NCBI RefSeq assembly: GCF_009914755.1
Contig: NC_060944.1
Origin: the human T2T-CHM13v2.0 reference genome, Homo sapiens
Reading direction: 5' to 3' (one strand)
DNA: 64,000 nt
In this document: one piece after another, positions 39,141 to 54,960 of the stretch
Layout of the letters: each line of letters opens with the position of its first letter
Numbering within the stretch: the first letter of the stretch is position 1
Position numbers and translations under genes: made by a program
The notes under the pieces: model-generated
Seen by the model: only the letters and a program-made list of their open reading frames with translations
Told to the model about the DNA's origin: nothing
Databases searched by the model: none

Positions 39141-42021
39141 TTATGAGGTATCAGGGATAAAAGAAGTAGATATACTGCATATATAGATGTATGCATTATT
39201 TTTCTCCTAAAGAGATGAGAAATATTTTTGGAGTTGAGCCAAGCCATTCATGGCCTCTCCATTACTTTTAGTTTTATGGCAGAGGATTGCTCTGGTTTTG
39301 ACAAGCACTAATTAATTCCATCTCTGGGGAATAATGGGAAATGCAGGCTTATGCTGTTTGCACCAAGGTTATCAGTTATATTGGTTTTAATGTTCTGCCC
39401 TGCTCTAGATATAAAACATGCAGCAAAATGCACAGCCACCTCCTCATTAGCTGTAAACAGTGTATTTCAGATTTGTCAAGCATACATATTTATTTTTACA
39501 TCCAAGCATTTTTATTTATCTTCCTTGCAAGTCCATGAAGTTTTTGCCAATAAATTAGGAATGCAGTAACTAGTTCTGAAAACTATGGCACACAGGAAAT
39601 TTTATTGATCTCATAATTTACTGGATCTTTTGGTTAATTACAAGTTCTGTCTAGCTTAGTACACTTTTTGAGCCAGCTGCGCATCATAAATATGTAACCT
39701 CAGTACTCACCCTCCCTACATTGCTGACAGCCTCCCATGAGGTCAAAGGTGTAATAGCTACAATACCCAGAGCCTCTAACATGTTTAATTAAACTATTAA
39801 TCTACTTTTATCTGTGACACTAGAAAGCCAGCTACATTGAATTTTCAGAGTTCTTCAACGCATTTGCTTACGGTAAATTTTTCCAAGCCATATCTTTAAC
39901 AGTTTAGCGCTGGCAACCCTTTTAAAGGCATTTTGAAAAATTGTGAATGTTGGAGGAATTACCATATCAGCTAATAAGAAAATGTATCATTTATAATGAT
40001 TCATGAATTTGAGTCTAAATGCAGTATATGACTAAGGCACTTTATTAAAAAAAGAGAAGACAGGTTTGCTAAAGGTTTGAAAATTGTAGTAGATCAATCA
40101 GCAGCAGCCTCAGAAGTACCATTATTTTAAAATTGTGTGGATGATCATTAGAAGAGAAGTCATCTTTGTTACATAACCTTCAGGAACTTGCTGAGGACAA
40201 GTGTAACCTCTTGTGGCAGTGATGACATTTTCAGTGATCAGGCCAGCTTTTGTGTTCATTAACACAACAGAGCCTCAAAACTTTAGTTTTGAGAAACCTG
40301 TGTATCCATGAAGCTTTAATTAGGTTAACAAGGTACCCATTAGTCTATCTCCTTTCTTGTGTATCAAATGGCAGTAATCTACTACAGATGTTATACAATG
40401 AAGGAAGCAATTTGCTGCTTTTCATTTTATTTCCTGTACTCACTCATGAGCTTGTGGATATAGAATTATGTGAAAAATTCAAGATTCTATTTTTATTCAT
40501 GTTAAGCTCATCTTACCTGTTTGTACAATTTTTTGCTCTTTCTTTATTAAAGGAATCTGCATCTTATGTGCCTCCATAAAAGCTGTAAAAATATGACACC
40601 ACGACCTTCTAACTAAAGTACCTGGCTTTAATTTTAACAATGATTAACAGTGATTTGAGTCATGCATTTGAACATTCCACTTAAAAGTCAATTTAGACAG
40701 GCAATGCCCATGCAAATATTGATTATAAACCCACTGTGTTTCTAGCAAGCTAGATTAATATCATGGGCTAAAATTCAAAAATCTATTTTTCTTTTCTACT
40801 TCATTAAAGAGTATAACCAAAAACCACATCTATTTGCAGATTGGTCATATATTTTGCAAATGCCTGTGGGACTGAAATTTAATTTACTCAACATATCTTC
40901 CCTCCCACCCTACCTCCAGTCAAAATCATCAAAACCAGAACTCTTGTTACATTTATGGGGCAGTTGAAACTGTATATTTCACTTTGTTTTATTGCACTTT
41001 AACTTTTTGCACTGTATTAGCTGTGAGTATTCCATGGATCTTGTTAAATGTGAGCAGCTTCCTTGAAAACAAGTCATTTCAATGGACATGTTTTGGCTTA
41101 TGTTCAGTATTTTACAGCCAATGTATCAGAGCCATAAGTTTATAATTTTAAATGCCGCAGATCTTACTTATTCATCATGATTAGATGTTTCTATCTGCTA
41201 TTCTATTGAATGGCAAGCTCTAATACTGATAAATAAAGAGAGCCAGTTCCTGATTTGGCAACAACAACAACACGTACTGAAGAAAATAAATGCGTTGGGT
41301 TCATCTCCTTGATGGGGATGCAATCTAAGTCAAATTTTTGAATGACCACTAACTATTTGCATAATATAACATATAAATTGATGACTTTGGGATATTTATA
41401 TCATCCTGGTGCCTCAAGGTTAAAATTAGTAGTGTGAAAAGATAATTACTAGCTATGTTAAATAAAATGAGTTTCTAGAATGCATTTTTATGCAATTTGT
41501 GAGTACAGAGCTATTAAAGGCTGTAGTTTTGTTTTGGAGAATAAGTTGTCTCTTTGGACTATTGTAGTAATCTCTTTGTAAATGTTTAATTTTTATCCTA
41601 GATAAGCAAGATCTTTTGGGCTCTCTTTCCTACTGTTCTGGGATGAAAGCATCTAGGAAATTTAGAGGGCAACTCCAATGAGACTGTCTGGCTCACAGAA
41701 ATGAATCAATGATAGAAACTCGGGCATGCGGTGGTGGGGGGAAGTGGGGTGGAGGTTTGTGTTAGGGGAGTGGCCTATCAGCTTTGACATGTGTGGCCAT
41801 CACTTATGCAGTCTCCCCATGAAGGCAGGTCCAGGTAGCTCTGCAGCAGAGCTGGGGCACCGTGCCTGCTCTCCCAGGCAGAGCCTTTGGTGACTACTGC
41901 TACTACCAGGAATAGCTGTGGATAGAGAAGAGAACACTGGCCACTGTGTGGGTGACCAGAATCCCAGCCCATACCTCAGTTTCATTGTCTTCTATGGCAC
42001 TTCAAACCCAACCCTCAGGAA

Positions 42022-42063
42022 AACCAACCAACCAACCAACCAACCAACCAACCAACCAACCAA
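42022..42063. repeat. (AACC)10 microsatellite
   Basis: Direct reading. Confidence 0.95.
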
Positions 42064-42144
42064 AAAACATCCTTAGGAGAAGGATCAGAACTAACAATAC
42101 TGAAACTTTGAGATTTTCGTTTTTACCTTATAAAAATGTATTTT

Positions 42145-42442
<298 letters not shown>

Positions 42443-42576
42443 TTACTGCATACTCATAGCTATATATTTCACCTGAGATTTACCTGGTTAAATAACTTGC
42501 CTGAGAACACACAAGTAGTAAATTATAGACTTAAGATTTGAAATTGAATTAGTGTGTAAACCAAAGTCCATATCTA

Positions 42577-42998
<422 letters not shown>

Positions 42999-43141
42999 AA
43001 TGTAAAAAGCCTATGCCTAGTTCACTATATAATGATCCTATCCATGGTAAGGAAACACCTTTCATGATTATCAGGGCATCCTTTATGAGCCTAACTGAGA
43101 GAGAGAAAGGAAGGTATGGCAGGATGGGAGTGTAGTGGGCA

Positions 43142-43658
<517 letters not shown>

Positions 43659-43781
43659 AGCAGGGAGCACACATGTGGCCAAGGGAAAGAAGGGTGAGGG
43701 GTGGTCAGGGAAGGAGTGCATTGCTCATAGCAGGTGCACCAGGCAAAGGACACTCAAGGACCCCAACTCCCTTGCCTTTAC

Positions 43782-44308
43782 TGTGGCAGCTAGCTGCCTT
43801 GGTGGCCCCCATGAACTGCACCCCCCAAGGTTCATGCCCTATGCAGTTTTATCCCCTTGGGCTGAGCCTGTGACTTGCTTAAACCAACAGAATGTGGCAG
43901 AAGTGATGCTGTGCAGGTTCTGGAGCTCAGCCTTAAGGTGGTGTAGCAGCTTCTGATTTAGCACTCTCAGAGCTTTGAGCTGCCCTGTGAGAAGCCTATC
44001 TACCCTGCTGCAACAGACCATGTGGAAAGACCACACAGAGGGACCATGCAAAGAAGCAGAGGCCCTGACATCACATAGAGGAGAGTCAAGGAGTCCATCC
44101 ATTGGAGGAAAATTGGGGCTCCAGACAGATGACCCTCGGAGAGCCATCCCAGCAGAGGCACCACACTTGGGAGCAAAGAGCCCACCTTGAGGATTCCTGC
44201 TGTGCATCATCTGAATTCCAGACCTGCAGAAATGTGAGAAAATAAAATGTTGTTTTAAGCCACTGCATTTTGGGACAATTTATTAAGCAGATATTGACAA
44301 CTGAAATT
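43782..44308 (+). mobile_element. MLT1 (F/G-like) LTR
   Basis: tgtggcag..gtgacttgcttaaaccaacagaatgtggcagaagtgatg..gttgttttaagccactgcattttggg. Confidence 0.8.
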
Positions 44309-45493
44309 ATTCTTTTTTAACCAATGCAGGAATCTTATTTTTACTTAACCTATGATGTTTTATGGTCAGAGTGGAAAGGGAAGCCCTGCCCCTGAAGTCA
44401 TGGATGCACCATGGAACCCGTGGGGACAGTCAAGGTCAAGTCCTCCAAGTAACTGGCATGCTATTCCCTGCTTCCTGTGCCTTCCTCCTGGTCTCATAAA
44501 AAAAGTGCATGAGAATATCATGGGTGATGGCTTTAGCATTGGATATCACCATTTCCCTTTGCAGTGACGGTGTTTCCAATTGACCAAAAGGGAAAAATTA
44601 GGTAGAGAGCAAAGAGTTCTCTACATGATTGTTCAAGAAACAGAAATAAAGTATCAAGTCTGTAAGCCCAGGGTTCTTTGGAGTAGTATCATTCTTACCT
44701 TGGTGACAGTTTGGTGAGGATTTTACTGCTGCTTCCTTCTCCTCTCATCAACTAAACAAGAAACTATGAAGTCCCTTTCCTCAAGGAAAGGGACTGTCCT
44801 GATAGAATACCCGACCTATATCATGACTTGTTGGAATATTGTGAAAGCACAAAATTGAGAGAAAAATAAAGTTATCCAATGTTTAGATGCTGAATTACAC
44901 TGTTGTGTAACCTTGATTGGCCACTACCTGTGAGGTGAGACACTGGAGTTAGCCATTGTGAATTCAGGAGTCAGTAAACATCCAGAGGTGTGAAGCCTGC
45001 TGCAGGCCTCCAGTTCCCCCAGAAAACAGTATCTGGTTTTAATGATTTTATCAGAGTTGTTTTCAAGGTCAGTAAGTTTGTTGATATTTTGGTCATGAGA
45101 TTAGTGCGAACCAACCACATATTGGCATTTAAATGACTAGGGAGATAAGATGAGTGATGATATCATAACAATAGAACATATTGATGATTTCAGAGCAGTA
45201 AAAAGGCTGAAAATGGGGCAATGATACTTATATTAAAGACAAAATAGGAGGAAACTTTCAGCCTTTGAAAAATTTTCATTTGAATAAAACTCATCACATG
45301 ATACTCCCCAGTGTACCACAAAGGAGCATGTACATTCTGCTGTCCATTTTTAGGAGAAAGAAAAGTCATAAACTCAGGCTGCCACCTCAGTTCAATACAG
45401 TTGCAATGTAATGTTTGAAGACGCTCTCAAGTCTTTGGGAATGAAGTGAAAACGTCCACTCCAATCTTCTTACCAAGGTACAGGCAAGTGTAC

Positions 45494-45558
45494 ACTTGGG
45501 TCTTGTACTCTACGTTTAAAGCTCAAATTTACTTGGGTCTTGTACTCTTGGTTTAAAG
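45494..45558. repeat. 37-bp-period tandem duplication
   Basis: acttgggtcttgtactct..gtttaaag at 45494 and 45531. Confidence 0.85.
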
Positions 45559-47895
45559 TTTGACTTCAAGATGGCTCATGTAAACTCTTCTAGCCAAGTC
45601 TTCATATGTAATTTGTGGATAATTTTATCTCTCTTACTACCTACCTGAGGGCATTGTTTTAATGCTCAGAAACATACAGAAGGGATTGACAAAGTATAAA
45701 TTGCTATTCAAAAACAGGGGGGCCTAGTGACAGGTGAGAAAACAGTGCTCCTCAGAAAAGATCACCCCCATCCTGCTGAAGTCTTTGAATAGGCAACCCA
45801 GACAATTTAGGCCTGACATTGTAGCTCTTTGGTGAAGACCAAATAAAATGGGATTGGAGGAGAAGATAACATATTTTCAATTCATTTTAGATCATTTGCA
45901 TCATCTGCATTAGGTGTGGCCTAATTTGTTTGGGGCTTCAGGTGTATGAACCAGTGCTCATTTTCATATTGGACATAGAGCTGGGGAGATAGAATGGCCA
46001 GTAGTTTGCAGGTGTTATATCATTTTCCTGTGATGATAAGGACATTGCCTTTCTTATGGCCATTCAATTACATTTTTTGTTCTCATTTAAAGTAATCAGA
46101 GTTTCATCGTGACGACTTCTATGTAAATTTGAATGTTACATGAGGTGTGTAATGGAATAAAAATGGAGTTACAAGGACTCCTGTTCAATTGCCAACATGC
46201 TTCTTTTCTATTACTAGAGATCGTAGAGTGGCTTTGGGGACTAAGAAGCTTAGACATTATTTTGTACCTTATCATTGGCCATTTTTGTGATTCCCAAGGT
46301 GATAGATTGGTGGCCATTCTTCTGAATAGCCCTTCCAAAAGTCTTGGTATTTTTGGCTCAGAGTCTTTGCAGAATTGCATCATCATGAATTTTTACTTTT
46401 AAGATAGCACCTGTTTTGTCAATCCTGTGAGAATATGTATTTCATAACATGTAGCCACCTATGGGATTAAGTAAGTACTGAGGTCCTTGAGCCATTTCCA
46501 AATGAAAAGAGGGTATGATTTATCAGGGCAGATCCAGTAGTTCAGGGGCAGAGCTAAGTTCTGAGGTACAATAAAGAGAAACGTAAAAGTAGGAACCCAC
46601 ATTTCAACCATTTCTTCTTGTTTTTGAGGATTTAATAGGAAAGATTTTTAGACTTTAGTTGAACAAAACAGTAAGATAACATAAAATCAGACTCCACTTA
46701 AATGCTTAGTTTGGTTTTGTGGAACTGGAGCAGCTCATGGGGAAATGCTAATTGGTCAAAATAGATAAATAGGAATTCCACAGAGTCTGTGAGAATGATT
46801 AGATTTTAATATAAGGCATTACTCAATAGTAGAGTAAGGATTAGTGGAGTGGTACAAGAATTATAGCCATTGTCTAAATGCAAAGATTTTTCTTCATTTT
46901 TACAAGAAGAAACTTGTGAGCTGACTAAAGTTCAAGTTTAGTATTTCAAACCAGTGAGAGGACCATGTTTCATTCCACATGAAGCTTGGTTGGCCATGCA
47001 GGTGGAATTTTATCAAACAACACATTTAAAATTTTACTTTCTTATCATATTTGACTATTGAAAACATGACCCCTCCCTGCAACTCTGTTTGTGTTAAAGC
47101 ATCTGCGGTTAATGGCTTTCTGCTTCTTGTATTGCAAAGAACTTTAAAAAGAGATCATTCTCTGAAAATAAGTACCTTGCTGGTAAAATGAGTTTAACTT
47201 GGCAAGCTCTGTCATTTTTTGTTGTTATTGCCATCTTATGTTCTGGAAGTAATTCACATTAGTCATCTTTTAGAAACTCTAAGTCATGTCTTCCCTGTCA
47301 GATATCATGCTCTGGTAGCAATTTATTAAATATTTCCTGCTAAAAATGACCCCAGGAGATAGTAGTTAACCTACTCTTGAGTGTAATAATAGAATCAGAG
47401 ATTGATGAACAATTTTCGCCAAATATTTTAAGTAATGGCATAAAACTAAAAGGCCATGCATTGCTTGTCTTAGAAAAACAGTACGGAACATGTTAGAATA
47501 TTACGAATAAATGAACACTTTCATTTATGAGCTGTATATAGAAATCATTGAGTTTCTCTGCCAGAGTTGCAGCCTGTATGGTAGTTAATCTTCTCGTGGC
47601 ACTTACTGTATAATGCAATGCCTCTTTGGGCAATCTTTTGTGTTAAAATACAGCATTTAAGCTCCTTCTCTCCACAAAGCATTGCAAGAATGAATTGTTC
47701 AATCTCTCTTTTTTTTGACATCATCCTAGAAATTATTTCAGAAATAACCAAGATGGTAATTCCCATTTAATATCTTTCTTTATTGCTCATTGGAAAATAG
47801 AAAATACTTTCAAAGCATATAAAATTATTGGAAAATTAACATAACCCTGTATTGGGAGCAAAATTATTCCTATCTCAGCATTGCCACCCATCTGA

Positions 47896-48237
<342 letters not shown>

Positions 48238-49949
48238 GCTTAGCTTGCTGTTATCATTATTATTTTAATCATTAAAATGAAAATATTAATTTTGTTTCAA
48301 AATGAATGGTGCATGAATGAAGGAGGTAGTCCATCTTCTTCCTACCACCCAAATGACAGATGATTTCTTTTCAAAATGAAGGAAATATTAATTTGATGAC
48401 CTCAGGATTACTTCCATTTTAAACTATCCTTCTGTGTGTTTAAATCGCTTTCCTCATTTTTATTTTCTTCTATCCCATTCCTTCCTATTATATTCTAATG
48501 ACCTCTTATTTTAAACTCCAAGGAATGATGGTCCACCCCAGATTGGCTTGTGATTTCTTCCTATACAGAGGCTTTGTCATCCTCATTGTGGCCATATGCC
48601 ATTCCTCAGTATGTAAAGAAGGTTGAATGGCAGGGATCAGCCGGGTCTAGAGAAAATCTCAGACCCCATGACAGTCAATAGATAGGAAAGACATAGGTTG
48701 AATCAGATAGTGCAAAATGCCATACCTAAAAGAAAATCCCCAGAGGCTCTTTCAAATTGTGAGGGAGATATCTTTTGATTAGAGGCAAATAGCACTGTCA
48801 GCTTGAAGTGAGCAGACTAGGACGGCTACCACAATCATCTGTGAAAATTGTTTAATACAAGTGCTACCTTCTCATAAATCACAAGGGTAAGCTCATTTAA
48901 AATGGACATTTATTCTGATTTTTGATCCATATTGGCTTAATAAAAGACCAACTCATAAGGTTTAACAGTTCAATTAAGGATTTTTCAAGATAAAGGATTA
49001 TAGATAGGAAATTTCCTTGTGAGCTGGGTTAGAATCCATGGGTTGTTAAGTTTCTTTTCCGTGTGGTAAGTGGGAAAACATATGCTGTAGGAGGAGATAT
49101 AGTATGCACTTGAAAGTAAAGTGTAACTATTTTTTAAATTAAGATATGACCATTTTTAAAATTTCTTGGCTTAGGAAAAAAATTGAACATGCATGTTTAT
49201 ATAGAAATGTTAGACCATACATAGCGTTATTATTTTGATGCGAAAGGATGAAAATTATCTGCTTTTGGTCAAAAGAGAGGAAATCACTCAAATCCTTTGG
49301 GACACTCATTTATAAGCTCTATGAAATCTTTGGTAAAATGAACTCCAGAATTTATGCGACTTCCTCAAGAAAAAGTAGCTTATTTTTAAAATAAATCATA
49401 ATAAGTAACATTATTATTATTCTCACTGGTGGTATAAGGATCATTAATAAAATAGAGTCTCTGTGATATGTGCATTCTAATATAAAATATACATATATTA
49501 TAAATGTTCTGCATCGAGTGAAATACCCATATTTATGAAAGGGGTTGCATGGGATCCATCAGCACCTTGTACCATGAAAGTTAAGAAACTCTAAATCTAT
49601 ACCACGAGCATTTGAATTTTCTGGCATTTAAGGGAGAAGGGAAGGAAGGTATCGTGATGGAGATGGGGTGGGAAGGAATTGTAATGATCTGCTTTTTATT
49701 TCTTTTATTTGTGTGCAACTAGCACTTCGAAAGAACATAAGATAGCTGTAACCTTCTCTGCTAAACCAGGAGGTGAACACAGATGTCTGAAGGAGGCTTT
49801 ATAAGGAAGTGCATAAAGCTTTAGAAGGTTCAGAGGAGAATTGAGAGGTCATTGAGAGCTGAGATGGAGAGGGCTTCATGGAGAAGTCTTTACTTGAATG
49901 ATTCCCAAGAACCTAGATTGAATCTAGACAAGGGGGAAGACTCATCTCT

Positions 49950-50410
49950 CATCACACCATACTGACCCACTCCTGCAGCTGTACTGAATCTTGTTTCTTC
50001 TAGTAAACCATGACCTTCTAACCTCCAGGCTTTCACCTGGAACTCTTTCCCTTCCACTACTGCCTGGGTAATGACTTTGCCATCACAGTTCTGTCAAGTT
50101 AGGACTTTCTTCAGAAAGTTTCCTGTGACCTTTTCCAGCCCTCTGACAATTTCAGTTTGTTGCTCTTTTTTGAGGGGCTGAGAAATCTGCATGCACCGAC
50201 CTCATCACTTTGATGGGGTCAGTTTGCTACTCGATATTGAAATGGACTGTTTAGGCCTTGATTTCCTCCTATAGACTGTTGGCTCTTCCATGGCAGAGTA
50301 TGTGTGTTATTTACCACTTTATCCATTGCACAGTGCCTGGCACTTATTAGTTATCAATAAATGTCTGTATATTTATGAAGGAAGGAAGTAATGAAGGATG
50401 AAATGAATAG
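49950..50410 (+). mobile_element. L2 3' portion
   Basis: cacagtgcctggcacttattagttatcaataaatgtctg. Confidence 0.7.
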
Positions 50411-50926
50411 GGCATGACCTACAAGGGAAAAGTCACACAGGTGGAAATGATGAGTTGGCCCAAAGACAATGAGATGATTGATGGACTTAAACTTTAACTC
50501 TGATGTCATTTTCTCCTAAATGTGCAATATGCCATAATTTTTTTCAGTAAACTAGGGGTTGAGACATTTTTGCTACTTAAATAGAGACAGAAAAATAGGA
50601 TAAATTGAAAATATTTTCCAGTGGTAATTTATTAGATGCCTGTAAAAGAAGGAACATGAGGTTTTCAGGGTTCAAGTGGATGTCTCATTCTTCAACACAA
50701 AAACACTTGGAGAGTTGTATAAAAGATTTGAAAATCACTTTAGAAAACAGGGGCTACTTGGGGAAGGGAGTTGCCAGGAAAATGCCATTATTGCAAAAAG
50801 TTCATTTAAATAGGCTTAATATATCTACCTATCTAGTGCCCACTATATATATAAAGCAGTAGAAGGGCCAGCTGAAACTAGAATAGGTAGTAGAAAGGGG
50901 CTTTCAACCAAAAGCCACAATTATTA

Positions 50927-51310
<384 letters not shown>

Positions 51311-51846
51311 TCACCAAGGAACTTTCTTTCTTTTATATTTCTAAAGCTAGTTTCTTTTTTTTTTCTTTTTTTTTTGCATTTTTTTCCATTCTGTGATGGC
51401 AAAAGAAAATCTAACCAACCCCAGGATTTTCTTAGTCACTTCAAGTTTGAATGCAGCCCCTTCAGAATTGCTCCTCTTAGTCTTCTCTCTGGGACTCCAG
51501 CCCAGGGAGCAGCTCTATCACTTAATAATAGTGTGTCTTGAGCAACTTGTTTTATATATTTGTGCCTCCATATCTCATTGATGAAATAGATTTAATAATA
51601 CCTTTCTCAAAAGATCACTGTGAGTATTGAATTACATGAAATTGTATATATATATATTTTATATATATATATATCGCATAGTGCTGACAACATAATAAGC
51701 ACGTGATAAATGATAGCAGCTGCTGCTGCTTCTCTTCCTCTTCCTGTTACTATCACGGTGATCAACAACATCATCATCATAAGTTCCAAAATGGAAGGGC
51801 ACAGTGCCTTGGAGCATCTGGACACTGGTCATTGACTTTCTATTCT

Positions 51847-51978
51847 GACATTGGTTGTCCTTTGGTCATTGTCCTACATTCCCATTTGCATCTGCTGAGG
51901 TTTCTGTCATGCCATACTCTGAATCTTCCTCAAACAGAACAGATGAAGCCTCCTCAGGTTGGCCAGTGCTCCCTGGGA
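51847..51978 (+). repeat. 132-bp direct repeat, copy 1
   Basis: About 12 mismatches and no indels versus 52578-52709. Confidence 0.95.
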
Positions 51979-52577
51979 CCACAGGAAGCTTGGGGTGCAG
52001 GAAGGCTGACTTAGACTTTGTATTCTTGACATACTCTGGTTTTCAAGTTTCAGGCTACAAATTTCTGTTCCTCTGCAATTGCCCTGGACTCACTGGGAAT
52101 TTCTAATGCTCCCGCCACATGCAACATTTGCTAGGTGGTGGCAGCAGGAGGTGCAAGTGTGGGGAGCAGGGTGGAAAAGGACTATACTAAACTCCTGAGC
52201 TCTCTTCTTCAGCTTTCCTCTTTTTTTGGTTAAGTTTAGGAAAGCTGGTTGCTCATCTGTTGGTTATACACTCAGGTTTTTGAAACTCAAATGTCCTTTC
52301 TCTCAACTTACTGTCTCTCTGTGGAATTTCAAAAGTGAATGTAGAAATTTCAGCAAGAATTTCCCATCATTTGCTTTCTGTCCTGCTATAATTGTCATGC
52401 CCATTGCCTGAGGCCATGGTCTCTGCCATGAGTTTAGTTTTAACAAGCAAAAAGTAATGAATTATCAGGCAGGAAAATAATTTAGGTTAATAGTAAAATA
52501 TTTCCTTGCTACATGACAAGGTGAACAGCTGATTGCCATAAGAGATCTAAGAAACACTAAAAAGTACAAAAAAATAG

Positions 52578-52709
52578 GACATTAGTTGTCCTTTGGACAT
52601 TGTCATATATTCCCATTTGCATTTTCTGAGGTTTCTGTCGTACCATACTCTGAATCTTCCTCAAACAGAACAGATGAAGTCTCCTCAGGTCAGCCAGTTC
52701 TCCCTGGGA
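52578..52709 (+). repeat. 132-bp direct repeat, copy 2
   Basis: See copy 1; also visible as paralogous ORFs MSFGHC...PYSESSSNRTDE. Confidence 0.95.
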
Positions 52710-53299
52710 TAGAGGAACCAGGGAAGAATCAATGCATAGAAGCGTCAGTATTGGAAATGGGTCTTGAAGGAGCAATCTGATATTGACAGCAGATGTATCA
52801 GGGAGGGAACACATAAGCAAACTCATAGATAAGTGAACATGCTTTGAGATGTTTAGGAAAAAGTGAAGAATGTGGTGTGTTCAGAATGTAGATTCCCAGG
52901 GCTGCTTGATTGGCTTCAATATGTGAAGAATATTGAATGCCATAGATTTGTGATTCCATATTCTTCTAAATATAAGTTTTAAAAATACCTTGATATACGG
53001 AAGAAAATGAAAATGGCCTCTACACTTATTTTGATGCATACAATGTGCGTGAACTTTCTGAAAGTGAATTTGACATATATATTCTCAAATAAATTGCCTT
53101 TTCTTTTTCAGTGGGTCCTATGCCATATGAATGTGAAGAGGCAAGGGCAAGGAATTCACACAAAAAAGATAGAGGGGGTGTTTATGGTCATTAAAATATG
53201 AAAAACGTAAGGTGAAATCTTAACAACGGTTAGTAATGCTTTTTAATAAGCAGCTAATGCCAATCACTGACATTTATCATATGATGTGTTGTCGTGGAT

Positions 53300-54960
53300 A
53301 ACAAGTATTTATTGCTCACTTAACATGTGCCAGTCATTTCGCTGGATACTAGGAGGACATTGTTCAAAAAGGTAGATTGGGCCGGGCGTGATGGCTCACG
53401 CCTGTAATCCCAGCACTTTCGGAGGCCAAGGCAGGCAGATCACCGGAGGTCAGGAGTTCGAGACCAGCCTGGCCAACATGGCGAAAACTTGTCTCTACTA
53501 AAAATACAAAAATTAGCTGGGCATGGTGGTGGGCACCTGTAGTCCCAGCTACTCAGGAGGCTGAGGCAAGAGAATTGCTTGAACCTGGGGGGTGGAGGTT
53601 GCAGTGAGCCGAGATATTGCCACTACAGTCTAGCCTGGGTGACAAGATTGAGATTCCGTCTCAAAAAAAAAAAAAGATAGATTGGGCCCTGCTCCTTGGA
53701 CCTTAGCTTTTAGAGTGTGGAGTCACACAATAAATCTGGACAAACATAAATTAAAAAGATAACAGATTTTCATAAGATCTGTGGGGGGAAAAACAGCATT
53801 GTGATTGTAATAGAGAACAACTGGGGAGCTTCATGTAGACAAGGTGATCAGCAAAGATCTGAAGGAGAAGGTTATATTTGAATTACAATCTAAAGAAGAA
53901 GGATTTAGCCCTATGAAAAATCAGAGGGAAGCATTCAGGCAAAGAAAACATCTAGTAAAATTTCTAAGATTGGAATAAGCTTATACATTCAAAGACTACA
54001 TGGGAGGCAGCAGGCGAGTGAGCCCTGGGGGAGGAGTGGTCTGGAAGGACATTGGAGAGGCAGGCAGGGTACAGACCCCAAGGGTCTCAGGTGGAAGTAT
54101 ATCTGGGAGCAGGGGACACCTTGCCTCCTCTAAACACTTTCTCCAAAAGGAGAACTCTCTAATGGTTGGTGACGATTATGAAAAGATATGGTGGAGAAAG
54201 CCCTGTGAGATTCACAGTGTTGACATCAGAAGTCAGTCCATGGGGCCAGCAAAAGGTGTTGTCCTCTGTGATAATCAGTTCTATCCCAACCAAAGGCACA
54301 GCCCCTCCATTCACCATTGCTGATCACAATCAGGCTGTGAGAATCAGCTCGAGCTTAGCCTGCAAGTCATGGTCAGGAACTCTAGTTGTGAGTGCAATGA
54401 AAAACCATCTAATGGTTTTAGGTAGAGGAGCGCATGACCAGACTTACATTTATGAAACATCTGTGTCTGCTGTGCGCAGAATGCTTTTGGAGACAGGGAG
54501 AATGGATATAATCAGGGCAGCCAGGAAGGAGACAATTGCAGCAACACCACAGGTGAAGGCAGATGAATGGTGCTCTAGGATATTGACAATTAGTATGACA
54601 TGTGGCAGATAGTTTTGTAGGTAGCATAGACAGTTTTTGCAGGATAATCTGGGATGGCAAGGGACAAAAGGAAGGGAAAAATCAAGGATGATTCTTAGGA
54701 ATTTGATTTAGGAAAATGATGCACTGTGGTGGTGTGATTTACTGAGATAGAGATAAGAAACAAGTTAAAGTTCCATTTTAGTCATGCCAAGTATGGGATA
54801 TCTCTAATCTGACTAGAGTAGAGACCAAGTTGGCATTTGGATATAGGGTGAGGGCAGCACCATAAGGATCTGAATGTCGAGGGACCAGACTGGGCTGGAA
54901 AAATACATTTGGAAGACATAGGCACATGGATGATATTTAAAGCCATGGGCTGAATAAAAG
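53300..54960 (-). mobile_element. Long L2 fragment (interrupted)
   Basis: tttattgctcacttaacatgtgccag..gaaaaatcaaggatgattcttagg..tttactgagatag..gatatttaaagccatggg. Confidence 0.75.
53380..53675 (+). mobile_element. AluS (Sx-like)
   Basis: Full dimer; TSD aaaaag(g/a)tagattg. Confidence 0.97.
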
